Shown: positions 1 through 9,790, numbered from the stretch's first letter. The stretch is 64,000 bases of DNA from Oligoflexia bacterium (GCA_043732305.1 JAYTHU010000170.1:1-64000); one strand, 5' to 3'. Numbers and translations: made by a program. Notes: generated from the letters alone by a model not told the origin.

Positions 1-1218
1 ATGAGCAAACAGTTTGGGCTGCTCTTTGCGAACATTCGCCAGCCACCGCTCGGCCTTCTTTTGACCAATGCGAAAGGTCCGACGAACCCATTTCAGCACC
101 CTTGATTGGACCACTGTCCATAGATGGTAATGGAAATTCCAATACCAGTGCTTTCCGTAGTATTCGATCCATCCTCGGATGGTCGCATTGTACCGCCTAG
201 CAAAGTCGCACAAGTCCTCATTCGTAGAGCGATGGATCTTCCACGATTTGACCGTCTCGGTAATTTGCCGAAGAGCTTTCTTTGAGGCTCCAGGCATGAC
301 CTTGCGGAAATATTTACCTCTAAAGTCTTTCAGGTTTCTGACTCGGAAGTCATAACCCAAAAAGGTAAACGTGGTTTCAACATTCCATCGTTCAAACGTG
401 TCAACATAAACGATCTTGCTTTTCGCATCGTTAATTTCAAGGCCTACCGACTTCATTCGCTTAGCTATGCGCTCGTGGATATTGCGTGCTTCTTTCAGGC
501 TTGAGATATGGCAAACGATATCGTCTGCATACCGCTCAAATGGAACCGAAGGAAGCTCGCGTCTCATCCAGCAGTCAAAAGCATAATGCAGGAAAAGGTT
601 TGCAAGCAACGGACTGATGACCCCACCCTGTGGCGTGCCTTTGGTTCGCTGTCTTACTGCTCCACTAGAATCCTGCATCGGTGCTTTCAGCCATCGTTCG
701 CAGTAAAGAATTGCCCATGAAGGAAAACAGTGATGCTTCAAAGCTTTCACGACGTAATCATGTTCGACATTGTCGAAAAATCCTTTGATGTCGATCTCTA
801 CTACCCAGTTATATTCCCAACACCTGATCTTTGCCTTTTCAAGGGCGTGGTGTGCGGATTTATTTGGGCGGTATCCGTAAGAGTCTTCGTCAAAAAGTGG
901 ATCGAGCTTCTCTTCGAGAAGGATCTTAACCGCGCCCTGAGCTACCCGGTCCGACACCGTAGGTATCCCGAGTGTTCGATCCCGTCCGTCGCCTTTCGGG
1001 ATTTTCTTTTCAAGGACTGGTGGCGGCAGATAACTACCGGAGCACATGCGGTTCCAGATCTTATAGAGATTTTTATCTCGCTTTCGGTCGAAGTCTTTTA
1101 TCGTTTCTCCATCACATCCAGGAGCACCGCGATTCTTCTTCACTGCAAGATATGATTCCCATATCAGTGCTTTTGGTATCTCAAATGCTTTTCCCTTATC
1201 CAATTGATCATCCTTCAT
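1..1218 (-). CDS. ltrA: Group II intron reverse transcriptase/maturase (runs off the window start; absent from the ORF track)
   Basis: Manual translation: MKDDQLDKGKAFEIPK...APGCDG...NLYKIWNRMCSGSYLPPPV...IPKGDGRDRTLGIPTVSDRVAQ...GTPQGGVISPLLANLFLHYAFD...ERYADDIV...ending KEQPKLFAH at position 1, the typical class D C-terminus (LFAHW). Alternative TTG start at 1203. Confidence 0.93.
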   Translation of the reverse strand, partial: MKDDQLDKGKAFEIPKALIWESYLAVKKNRGAPGCDGETIKDFDRKRDKNLYKIWNRMCSGSYLPPPVLEKKIPKGDGRDRTLGIPTVSDRVAQGAVKILLEEKLDPLFDEDSYGYRPNKSAHHALEKAKIRCWEYNWVVEIDIKGFFDNVEHDYVVKALKHHCFPSWAILYCERWLKAPMQDSSGAVRQRTKGTPQGGVISPLLANLFLHYAFDCWMRRELPSVPFERYADDIVCHISSLKEARNIHERIAKRMKSVGLEINDAKSKIVYVDTFERWNVETTFTFLGYDFRVRNLKDFRGKYFRKVMPGASKKALRQITETVKSWKIHRSTNEDLCDFARRYNATIRGWIEYYGKHWYWNFHYHLWTVVQSRVLKWVRRTFRIGQKKAERWLANVRKEQPKLFAH

Positions 1219-1706
1219 GCGAAGTTGTCGAATCGTTCAGGTCTATGATCTGCATCCCTTCGCTCGGCAGACTTTCGTCTACGTCAACGCTACTACAAAT
1301 GCATCCGCCCCTACAGCCGCTGAGGCGCCGCAGGTTCCCACGTTCCGTAACAAGGCCCAATCTGAACTCCTGCCGTCTTAACACCGGAGACCACGCAGGC
1401 GGTAAGCAAGTAGCCCCCACGCTTATCAGAGTTCGGATATACAAACTCGTTTTGATCTCAACTGGATTTCGATGCTTCATCGATCGGTTCACTTTCGTTC
1501 AACTTTTCAGATCACACATGACGGATCAATGTCCGCCTTTTCTCAAATCGTTCACGACCATAACCCTTAGGAAACAGCCGCATTGAGTAGTTTGGTGACA
1601 GCACTTGCATGCCCTCACCGAAGGGCCAAGCCTTCATCCCCTTTACAGCAAGAAAATAGGTTTACAGTTGTTTAGGCTGCCATCTCGCACCTCCGTCGTG
1701 GCACAC
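1..1706 (-). mobile_element. Group II intron (bacterial class D / RmInt1-like), 3' part (DV/DVI) outside the window
   Basis: Minus strand begins GTGTGCCACG at 1706 (GUGYG 5' consensus). About 490 nt of non-coding sequence precedes an RT/maturase ORF. Candidate EBS1 (RNA AAAUCCAG, plus 1462-1469) is complementary to the upstream exon end TTGGATGT with one mismatch. Confidence 0.85.
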
Positions 1707-1873
1707 ACATCCAATTATTTCTCCCGATGGAGCGCATATATTTATCTGAGGAGAACCGTGAAAGTTAATTACGATCTATCTGGAGAAAATAAAATTTGGA
1801 AGGCGTGTTTGGGCGGACGTTCGCATCTCAGTCGAAAATTGACCGAATTGACGAGAACCTTGTCTCATGTTTA

Positions 1874-1948
1874 CTAATGAATCAAAACGTTCATGCAAAA
1901 CAACGCCAGTGCAGACAAGATGAAAGCGACCACTAATTTAGATGACAT
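1874..1948 (-). CDS. 24-aa hydrophobic peptide or truncated signal-peptide remnant (MSSKLVVAFILSALALFCMNVLIH)
   Basis: ATG at 1948 preceded by TAGGGGGG, the same G-rich RBS seen before several other genes here; TAG at 1874-1876. Confidence 0.35.
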   Translation of the reverse strand: MSSKLVVAFILSALALFCMNVLIH

Positions 1949-2011
1949 TGACCCCCCTAAGCTGAAAAATCCCCCGATTAGACTTCATTAAATCGCAGGC
2001 GTGCTTGAAAG

Positions 2012-3409
2012 TCAATGCGCTAAGCTCTCGTTTGTAGGGACAATTTCGCCGACTAGATCATAGTCGTGGGAATCGGTGATTCTAATGTTCACAATTTCAC
2101 CAACTTTAGCCTCTCCACTGGTGATCAAAACATGCCCGTCAATCTCCGGAGCTTGCTCTTGAGTCCGACCTTTTAGCAGCAGATCTGACTCTTCAGAAAT
2201 ACCTTCCACGAGGACCGGAATGATGCGGCCAATGAATCTCTGATGCATGCGCTTGCTAATTCCCGCTTGGGCTTTCATAAGCTGATTATGCCTGCGCTGT
2301 TTGGTTTTCTCATCAAGCTGGTCAGGCATTTTCCCGGCAGCGGTGACATCTTCGGGGCTGTACATAAAGCAACCAACGCGATCAAACTCTTGAGTCTTAA
2401 CAAATTCCAGAAGCTCTTGAAACTCTTCTTCGGTTTCGCCAGGAAACCCGACGATAAACTGAGTTCTAATGACGGCATCAGGAATCTCTCGACGAATCAT
2501 AGTTAGGATTTCTACAATTTCCTCTTTGGTCATTTTTCGATTCATGCGCTTCAACACATTGTTTGAAATGTGCTGAAGTGGCATGTCAAAATATTTGCAA
2601 AGATTTGCGCGAGTTTTCACTAGCTCCACTAAATCTGGGGTGATTCCATCAGGATAAAGATAAAGCACCCGAATCCAATCGAGACCCTTAACATCAGAAA
2701 GTGCGGTCAGCAAAGCCACGGGATTTTCGATGGCTTCGGGATTTTTTCGACGCAAGTCCCATCCAAAATCCGTGAAGTCATGGGAGATAATGTTTAGTTC
2801 TCGCACGCCAGTGGCAATCAGTTTTTGCGCTTCCAGAACAATACTTGGAATAGTCCGAGATTGCAGATTTCCGCGAATTTTTGGGATAGCACAGAAAGCA
2901 CAACGCTTGAGGCAACCCTCGGCGATTTTTAAATAAGCCGTATAAAAAGGTTGGGTGTTCACCCGTGGAGCGGAGTCTTCTTGAAGATAAGTAGGAAGAT
3001 TGAAAAATGTTTTCTGAGCTTTGAGTTTATCTGCTTCGTCTAAAATTTCTGTTATCTTATTGAATTCCCCAGTGCCAATAAACAAATCTGCTTCTGGTAA
3101 ACTTTGAACCAACTCATCTTTGTAGCGCTGAGTGAGACACCCTGCGACCACAAGCTTCATGTGCGGCTTGCCTTTTTGTTTATACTCGGCCATTTCTAAA
3201 ATGGTTGAAATGCTTTCTTGTTTAGCAGCATCAATAAATCCACAAGTATTCACAATAATAGCGTCGGCCAATGCAGGATTTTGGGTGATTTTATAATCAG
3301 CTCCGGTCAAATGACCAAGCATGATTTCTGAATCGACCAAGTTCTTGGGACAACCCAAGCTGACAAAGTGAACAAATTTTTGGGGTAGGATTGTAACTTC
3401 TGGCTTCAT
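2012..3409 (-). CDS. rimO: Ribosomal protein S12 methylthiotransferase
   Basis: SLGCPKNLVDSE N-terminus, CxxxCxxC (CLKRCAFC), C-terminal TRAM domain (APEIDG). Confidence 0.95.
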   Translation of the reverse strand: MKPEVTILPQKFVHFVSLGCPKNLVDSEIMLGHLTGADYKITQNPALADAIIVNTCGFIDAAKQESISTILEMAEYKQKGKPHMKLVVAGCLTQRYKDELVQSLPEADLFIGTGEFNKITEILDEADKLKAQKTFFNLPTYLQEDSAPRVNTQPFYTAYLKIAEGCLKRCAFCAIPKIRGNLQSRTIPSIVLEAQKLIATGVRELNIISHDFTDFGWDLRRKNPEAIENPVALLTALSDVKGLDWIRVLYLYPDGITPDLVELVKTRANLCKYFDMPLQHISNNVLKRMNRKMTKEEIVEILTMIRREIPDAVIRTQFIVGFPGETEEEFQELLEFVKTQEFDRVGCFMYSPEDVTAAGKMPDQLDEKTKQRRHNQLMKAQAGISKRMHQRFIGRIIPVLVEGISEESDLLLKGRTQEQAPEIDGHVLITSGEAKVGEIVNIRITDSHDYDLVGEIVPTNESLAH

Positions 3410-3413
3410 AAAA

Positions 3414-3896
3414 TTAGGGCCTCATGTTCGTGAACTGCAAAGGGATACCAATATCTTTAGCTTTTAGAATTTGCATGACTTCTTGAAGATCATCAATGCT
3501 TTTTGCTGTCACGCGCACTGTCTCATCTTGAATGGACGCGTTGACTTTCATTTTAAGTTCTTTAATTAAAGTCGTGATCTCTTTGGCTTTCTCTTTTGAA
3601 ATACCATTGATTAGCTTGGCGGTCAGGCGACGGTTGCCCATCGATGCTTCTTCTGGTTTTTGAAAATCTAGAACTTGTGCACTGACTCCGCGCTTAATTA
3701 GTTTTTGCTGGAGAACTTCTTTGAGCGCATCTAGTTTTTCCGCAGAAGTATGAAGTTTTATTTCTTCTTTATCCAAGGAAATTTCAGCAACAAGTCCTTT
3801 GAAATCAAAGCGAGTGAGGATTTCTTTTTTCGCCTGATTTACGGCGTTATCCACTTCTTGTTTATTAATTTCGGAAACAATATCAAACGAAGGCAT
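3414..3896 (-). CDS. yajQ: YajQ family cyclic di-GMP/nucleotide-binding protein
   Basis: MPSFDIVSE...NAVNQA...RFDFKG...IQDETVRVT...LQFTNMR signature. Confidence 0.95.
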   Translation of the reverse strand: MPSFDIVSEINKQEVDNAVNQAKKEILTRFDFKGLVAEISLDKEEIKLHTSAEKLDALKEVLQQKLIKRGVSAQVLDFQKPEEASMGNRRLTAKLINGISKEKAKEITTLIKELKMKVNASIQDETVRVTAKSIDDLQEVMQILKAKDIGIPLQFTNMRP

Positions 3897-3917
3897 TTCT
3901 ATAACTCCTATTAAAGC

Positions 3918-4631
3918 TCAATCAATAACGCTCACGCTGGAATTTTTGGGCGGCGTGAAATCAAATTCTTTTTTGTTAAATGTCACATCAAATTCTATAT
4001 TTTTAAATTCAAGTTCAGTTTCATTCCCCAAAGCGTCTTTAAAACTCATCCAAGTGATAAGCTGAGCGGTTTTATCTAAGTTCATATTCAAATTTTGAAC
4101 CATTTCTGTTTTTGAGATGGCTTGCAGTTTAATTTTCAATACGCCGCCGTCACTTTTAGATTCGATAATTTTAAAATTTTTACTTAACTCGCCTTTACCC
4201 ATCAGAAAGGCCACCACCGCGGGTGATTGATTTTTCTTGGGCTTCTTGGATTTTAAGACAGACATTTTGTCTTTGGGATCCATCGGAAAATCTATAACCC
4301 AGACATTCTTTGGGGTGAGGATTACTTCTTGATGATCAGGTTTCAAAATTGTTAGTTTAAAATTTCCCGTTTTATTGATTTTGATGCTTCCTTCAGAAAT
4401 CTTTTCTTTGTTAAGAAGTTGGATTTTAAGTTTTTTCACCACATCCATTTGAATCGTTTTTGATTTTTGATATTTCTTTTCTATGGCCTTGAGAGAAGTC
4501 ATGTCTATTGAAGCCGGAGACGCGGCTGACTTTGATGTTACCAGGGAGTCTGTGGCAGTTGCATGAACTGCCACAAGTAGCACAAAAGCCGACAACATAA
4601 TCAGAATGTGTATTTTAAAATTCTTCGCCAT
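3918..4631 (-). CDS. lolA: Outer-membrane lipoprotein carrier LolA-like protein
   Basis: Signal peptide; SEGSIKI, PDHQEV, DALGNETELEF, FDFTPP motifs typical of LolA. Confidence 0.8.
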   Translation of the reverse strand: MAKNFKIHILIMLSAFVLLVAVHATATDSLVTSKSAASPASIDMTSLKAIEKKYQKSKTIQMDVVKKLKIQLLNKEKISEGSIKINKTGNFKLTILKPDHQEVILTPKNVWVIDFPMDPKDKMSVLKSKKPKKNQSPAVVAFLMGKGELSKNFKIIESKSDGGVLKIKLQAISKTEMVQNLNMNLDKTAQLITWMSFKDALGNETELEFKNIEFDVTFNKKEFDFTPPKNSSVSVID

Positions 4632-4670
4632 TTCTGAACTCTTATATCACGTGTCGGGCATTAAGTACAC

Positions 4671-5282
4671 TTAGCGAAGGACAAATGGTCTCGACGCCAA
4701 AGTCAGGGCCAATGTGGCTTTCAAGCCTAGGACATTTCTGGCCTCCTTGAGTGTCGACCCTGTAGTTATAACATCATCAACCAAGATCCACACACCCTCG
4801 TCGTTCGCAAACTCATTGTCGGACTCGATTTTGCTGAATTTGCAGTCAGTACGTGCCGCAAGCTTTTTAGATTTTTGAGTCTCTCCGTTTTCCATGTAGG
4901 CCAAAACGTTGGTGACAAGTGGAAGATCCAGTACTCGAGAGATTTCTTCCGCTATCAAATGAGCATGATCTCTATCTTCCGATTTTCTAGGCGGAATAGG
5001 AATTACGCCTAGAAATCCAGTCAGCAAATCACTTTGTTCTGAATAATTTTGGATCAACAAATTAGAAAGTTTTTTAGACAAAAAAGGACTTCGTCCGCGC
5101 TTGCACGCATGGATGAGTTTTTTAGCTTCACCTTTGTAGCGGAGCAATGAGCACACTGTCAAATCTCGATGTTCACGGACCAACAAGGGTTGACGTGACA
5201 TTTCAAGGAAGCAATTTTCGCAAACTGGATTTTCTCGCCAGGTGACTTTCAAACATACTTTGCATGAATCTATGAGCAACAT
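4671..5282 (-). CDS. comF: ComF family phosphoribosyltransferase
   Basis: N-terminal CxxC...CxxC, VIPIP, LVDDVITTGSTL PRTase motif. Confidence 0.85.
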   Translation of the reverse strand: MLLIDSCKVCLKVTWRENPVCENCFLEMSRQPLLVREHRDLTVCSLLRYKGEAKKLIHACKRGRSPFLSKKLSNLLIQNYSEQSDLLTGFLGVIPIPPRKSEDRDHAHLIAEEISRVLDLPLVTNVLAYMENGETQKSKKLAARTDCKFSKIESDNEFANDEGVWILVDDVITTGSTLKEARNVLGLKATLALTLASRPFVLR

Positions 5283-5319
5283 GAGAGAGGCTATTGCAAG
5301 GCGTGCCGGACGGTGGCGG

Positions 5320-6852
5320 CTATTTTACGATGAGACTATGTCCGGTCATTTCCGGAGGCTGTGCCCATCCGAATATATCAAGGATAGTTGGCGCAATATC
5401 AGCGAGAATCCCGTCCTGAAGTTTTTTGCCTTTGGCATTGGCGCCAATCCACATCAACGGCACGGGGTTAGTAGTGTGCGCAGTATGAGGGTTGTGCGTG
5501 GTAGGGTCGACCATACACTCAGAATTTCCATGATCGGCGGTGATTAAAATATCGTAACCGAGATTAAGAAATTTCTCTTTAATGCGGCCTACACAATGAT
5601 CCAAAGTTTCAATGGCTTTGATTGCCGCAGATTCGATTCCGGTGTGACCGACCATATCGCTATTGGCAAAATTCAAAACGATAAGTTTATAATTCTTTTC
5701 GTCTACTTTTTTGAAAAGTTCATCCGTTAATTTTTCGGCGGACATCTCTGGTTTCAAATCATAGGTCGCAACCTCTTTGGGGGATGGCACCAACACGCGA
5801 TCTTCATTTTTATAAATTTCTTCGACACCGCCATTAAAAAAATACGTCACATGTGCATATTTTTCTGTTTCAGCGATTCGCAACTGGCTCTCACCTTTTT
5901 CAGAAACTAATTCTCCGAGCAAACGTGTGTAACGTGAGGGATGAAATAAAACTGGAAACTGAAAAGTGGATTCATATTTTGTGAAGGTGAGATAATTATG
6001 GGCATTGACTTTAACAGGTGTGGGAAATTCCTTAAATGCTGGAATGGCCAAGGCCTCAGAAATCTCACGAGCACGGTCTGCTCTAAAATTAATAAATATA
6101 AGACTGTCTTTAGCCTTTATTCGTGATGTCCCTTTGATCTGCCTAGGCTTGATGAATTCGTCGGTTTCACCAACAGAATAAGCAGTTTCTATAATTTCTT
6201 TTGCAGAATCCATTGATGTTTCTGTGTTTTCGATGGTGAGAGCGTCATAAGCGATTTTCACGCGCTCCCATCGCTTGTCTCTATCCATGTTATAGAAACG
6301 CCCACAGACTGTCGCAATTTGTCCCTGTTGCGTTTTCTTGATTGCTGCTTCCAGCTTAGCAACAAATGACAAAGCACTTTGCGGAGGAGTATCTCTCCCA
6401 TCAGTAATCACATGAATGTAGATATTTTTTTTGACATTTAATCTTTGAGCGGCTTCAAGCAGTAAAAAAAGATGATCGCAATGTGAATGGACCCCGCCAT
6501 CACTGAGTAAACCCATGATATGGAGCGAACCTTCAGGAGACGTCATGACTCTTTTCACATCAGCAAGAGTTTCAAAACCTTTCTCTTGAGCAAAATCACC
6601 GATCTTAGTGAATTCCTGTTTGATGATTCGACCACTTCCGATATTGAGATGACCAACTTCGCTATTACCCATGACACCTGGAGGAAGTCCAACGGCTGTG
6701 CCACTGGTGGTGATCAAGGAATGAGGATAGTTTTTTTCCATCTCATCTAAATTTGGTTTTTCCGCTTCGAAGATGGCGTTGTGTTCTTTGGTTTCAGAAT
6801 GACCATATCCATCGAGAATTATCAGAATTGCTTTTCTAGTTGCATCACTCAT
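5320..6852 (-). CDS. gpmI: 2,3-bisphosphoglycerate-independent phosphoglycerate mutase
   Basis: ILDGYG, MGNSEVGH, SDGGVHSH, DGRDT, AETEKYAHVT, TADHGN. Confidence 0.97.
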   Translation of the reverse strand: MSDATRKAILIILDGYGHSETKEHNAIFEAEKPNLDEMEKNYPHSLITTSGTAVGLPPGVMGNSEVGHLNIGSGRIIKQEFTKIGDFAQEKGFETLADVKRVMTSPEGSLHIMGLLSDGGVHSHCDHLFLLLEAAQRLNVKKNIYIHVITDGRDTPPQSALSFVAKLEAAIKKTQQGQIATVCGRFYNMDRDKRWERVKIAYDALTIENTETSMDSAKEIIETAYSVGETDEFIKPRQIKGTSRIKAKDSLIFINFRADRAREISEALAIPAFKEFPTPVKVNAHNYLTFTKYESTFQFPVLFHPSRYTRLLGELVSEKGESQLRIAETEKYAHVTYFFNGGVEEIYKNEDRVLVPSPKEVATYDLKPEMSAEKLTDELFKKVDEKNYKLIVLNFANSDMVGHTGIESAAIKAIETLDHCVGRIKEKFLNLGYDILITADHGNSECMVDPTTHNPHTAHTTNPVPLMWIGANAKGKKLQDGILADIAPTILDIFGWAQPPEMTGHSLIVK

Positions 6853-7315
6853 TGTGATATTGAATCCCTTTTAAAATTGTCATTGCCCTATAAACTTGCT
6901 CCAAAATCACCGCCATTGCAAGATGATGATTGAGGATCATTTCAGACAATTTGATCTTAAAATCTGCACGATTCTTAACCGCATCGCCAACTCCATAAGC
7001 TCCACCAATGATGAAAATGAGCCGTTTCTTACCAGTTTGCATCCACTGGTTCATCTTTTTTGAAAACTCCATAGATGTGACAGCTTTACCATTTTCATCA
7101 CAAAGGACGACGTAATCTTCATTGCAAATGAATTCAAGAAACTTTTCAGTCTCCGCTTTAATTTTGGCAGTTTTTTCTGATCGAGCAGAAGCTTTTGTTG
7201 AGAGGCATTTCACTTCGGTTTGAAACCAAAACGAAAGTTTTTTCTCATAATCCTTTTTCACCGCTTCAAGCCAGTCTGGCAGACTCGAACTAGCGGTGAC
7301 AAAGATTAATTTCAA
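6845..7315 (-). CDS. rlmH: 23S rRNA pseudouridine(1915)-N3 methyltransferase
   Basis: FIIGGAYG, LEQVYRAMTILKGIQYH; follows rsfS. Confidence 0.92.
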   Translation of the reverse strand: MKLIFVTASSSLPDWLEAVKKDYEKKLSFWFQTEVKCLSTKASARSEKTAKIKAETEKFLEFICNEDYVVLCDENGKAVTSMEFSKKMNQWMQTGKKRLIFIIGGAYGVGDAVKNRADFKIKLSEMILNHHLAMAVILEQVYRAMTILKGIQYHNE

Positions 7316-8682
7316 TTCTTCCGAGCTTCTTTTTGGTCGTCTTTTTTCGCGACGGGCTTAGCTTCTAGAGTTTTTTTGGAACCCTGTGGTGGGAGTTCGT
7401 TTTGAATCTGGGGACAATCTCTCCACAGCTCTTCGATTCGATATTGGCCTCTCATCGCATCTTCGAAAACGTGAATCACGACGCCACCGTAATCTATCAA
7501 AACCCAGTGACCTTCGCGAGCGCCTTCAAAACTGATGGGACCTATTCCATACTCTTCCTTCACGCGCTCAACCACATTGTGAGCGACCGAGATGGCGTGA
7601 CGTGTGCTTGTTCCACTGCAGATAACGGAGAAGTCTGCGTATGTGTTCATAGCTTGCATGTCGTAAACTTTAAGAGCAATGCCCTTGAGATCTTGAGCAG
7701 CACGGCCACAGAAAAGTGAGAATTCTTTGTAGTCTTTGACCGCAGGAACGCTACGTTTGTAGAAACCTTTTTCATTGATAAGGTCTAAGACCTGAGGGGA
7801 AACCATAGTTCTGGCATCACCACCGGCTCGTAATCTTTTTCTGATATCGGTCGATGAAACATTGATATCGTCAAGCTCAACCAATTCGATTGTGCGTTTG
7901 GTTTTCAGCTTGATGACTTTTCCATCGCTGGACGCAACATACTTTTCAAGTTCAGGATGAAGATCTTCCGCGAAGAGCGAAAGTTCAGTTCCAGGACGAG
8001 AAGTCACGATGAAATTTGCAAGCTTCAAAAGCTTAGGGAAATCTCTCCAAGTATGAAGATTCTTAAACGAGTCTGCACCAATGATGAAAAACAAATTGTC
8101 TGCATTATGAGTTTTGTTAAAAGCTTCCAAGGTGTCGACAGTGAAGCTTGTGCCACCACGTTTAATTTCTAGGTCGTCTGTTTGCAATTCAGGCTGATAA
8201 GCACTGACCGCAGCATCAATAAGTAAAAGACGATCTTGTGCTGAGGGTCCAGAAACTTCTCGATGAGGCGCGCGATTGACGGGGATGAAAACAACCCGAT
8301 CAAGGATCATTTCGCTTTTCACAGTCATTGCAGCATTCAAATGACCGACGTGAATGGGATTAAACGCTCCGCCGAACAAACCTAAACGCTCAGTCGATAA
8401 ATTTGGATTGAGTTTTGGCTCGCGAGGGGTTTTTGTAGCCTTTGTTGCTTTAGCTACTTTTGAAGCTTTCGCGACAACGGTTTCCTTTACAACTTTTCTT
8501 TTCGCAGCGGGCTTCTTTGAAAAAACTTCCTTAGATGCGGGCTTTTTCGAAACCTTTGCTATTTTTTTTGCCAAGACCTTCTTAGCCAAGACTTTTTTAG
8601 CAATCGGCTTCGCTTTTTTAGCGCCTATTTTTTTCTTAGGTGTGGGCTTTTTAGTTTTTGTTTTCTTCATTATTTTTTTCAT
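7312..8682 (-). CDS. nadD: Fusion: Lys/Ala-rich N-terminal tail + nicotinate-nucleotide adenylyltransferase (NadD) + ribosome silencing factor (RsfS/Iojap)
   Basis: GLFGGAFNPIHVGH, SFTVDTL, FIIGADS, VSSTDIR (NadD), then ADFSVICSGTSTRH...WVLIDYGGVVIHVF...YRIEELW (RsfS) in one frame. Confidence 0.9.
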   Translation of the reverse strand: MKKIMKKTKTKKPTPKKKIGAKKAKPIAKKVLAKKVLAKKIAKVSKKPASKEVFSKKPAAKRKVVKETVVAKASKVAKATKATKTPREPKLNPNLSTERLGLFGGAFNPIHVGHLNAAMTVKSEMILDRVVFIPVNRAPHREVSGPSAQDRLLLIDAAVSAYQPELQTDDLEIKRGGTSFTVDTLEAFNKTHNADNLFFIIGADSFKNLHTWRDFPKLLKLANFIVTSRPGTELSLFAEDLHPELEKYVASSDGKVIKLKTKRTIELVELDDINVSSTDIRKRLRAGGDARTMVSPQVLDLINEKGFYKRSVPAVKDYKEFSLFCGRAAQDLKGIALKVYDMQAMNTYADFSVICSGTSTRHAISVAHNVVERVKEEYGIGPISFEGAREGHWVLIDYGGVVIHVFEDAMRGQYRIEELWRDCPQIQNELPPQGSKKTLEAKPVAKKDDQKEARKN

Positions 8683-9691
8683 CGAGCATCCTCGTCATGC
8701 GGTCAACCAGTTCTTTGATACCAAAGCCAGCGACTGCGGAAATAAAGTGGGGAATAATCTGTTTTCGTTTAAATTTCTGAGTGATCTCTTGCTTCTTCGC
8801 GTCGGACAAAACATCTGCTTTGTTCACGACTACCAATTGTTTGCGCGGAGAAAGCTCAAAGAAATCTTCTTGGTTTCTTTTGCTCTTGTCATAAAGTTTT
8901 AGCTCTTGATTGATGTCATCAAAATCTTGAATAGGATCGCGACCTGTGTGATCAGAGCCGTCCACCAAATGAACAAAGAATTTTGTGCGTTCGATGTGCT
9001 TCAAAAATTTTATTCCAAGTCCAGCACCCTCATGTGCACCTTTGATCAATCCTGGAATATCGGCCACAACAAAACTCTTTTCATGACCTTGAACAACACC
9101 AAGATTTGGAACCAATGTCGTGAAAGGATAATCTGCAATTTTTGGTTTAGCCGCTGAGATGCGAGAGATCAGTGTGGACTTACCTGCGTTTGGAAATCCG
9201 ATGATTCCTACATCAGCGAGAAGTTTAAGTTCTAATCTGATTTCAGCTTCATCTCCAGGTTCGCCAGGCTGAGAAAACTTAGGTGCTTGATTGACACTGT
9301 TTTTGAAAAAGTCGTTTCCTTTTCCGCCGCGTCCGCCTGTGAAAAAAGTGAACTCTTGATTGATTCCACTCAGATCAGCAATAACTTCGCCGTTTTCTTT
9401 TTTGATAATAGTTCCGACAGGCAAAACAATGATGACGTCTGCTCCATTATGACCAGTCATATTTTGTTTGGAACCGGGATCACCGTCAGCAGCAATGAAT
9501 CGTCGATTGAATTTGAAATCGAGAAGAGTTCCGATCTGGGCGTTGGTGCGAAAAATAACATCGCCGCCTTTGCCGCCATCCCCACCATCGGGGCCGCCGC
9601 GAGGAACAAATTTTTCCCTGCGCCAAGAAACTGCGCCGGCACCACCATGACCAGATTTTACATAGATCTTACATTCGTCAATAAACTTCAT
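8651..9691 (-). CDS. obgE: GTPase Obg/CgtA
   Basis: MKFIDE, GGPDGGDGGKGG, GFPNAGKS, DYPFTT, DIPG, NKAD. Confidence 0.97.
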   Translation of the reverse strand: MKFIDECKIYVKSGHGGAGAVSWRREKFVPRGGPDGGDGGKGGDVIFRTNAQIGTLLDFKFNRRFIAADGDPGSKQNMTGHNGADVIIVLPVGTIIKKENGEVIADLSGINQEFTFFTGGRGGKGNDFFKNSVNQAPKFSQPGEPGDEAEIRLELKLLADVGIIGFPNAGKSTLISRISAAKPKIADYPFTTLVPNLGVVQGHEKSFVVADIPGLIKGAHEGAGLGIKFLKHIERTKFFVHLVDGSDHTGRDPIQDFDDINQELKLYDKSKRNQEDFFELSPRKQLVVVNKADVLSDAKKQEITQKFKRKQIIPHFISAVAGFGIKELVDRMTRMLDEKNNEENKN

Positions 9692-9732
9692 AGATCAAAC
9701 TTCCTAAAACACGTTTCCAAAGACAACTTCTT

Positions 9733-9769
9733 AAAACAAAAAAAGGGGTGAGATTAACTCTCACCCCTT
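9733..9769 (-). terminator. Intrinsic terminator after rpmA
   Basis: AAGGGGTGAG / CTCACCCCTT perfect stem followed by a T-run on the minus strand. Confidence 0.85.
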
Positions 9770-9790
9770 AGAGCTAAACTTTTTTAATAA

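Noticed and set aside
1..1218. RT as a retron, DGR or defence RT
   Set aside because: Domain 0/X motifs and the upstream GUGYG-initiated RNA fit a group II intron; no accessory genes or VR/TR repeats seen.
508..1586. Plus-strand ORFs 508-720, 730-1155, 972-1586 and minus ORF 1208-1492
   Set aside because: Antisense shadows of the intron RT or of structured intron RNA; the real gene is the minus-strand RT.
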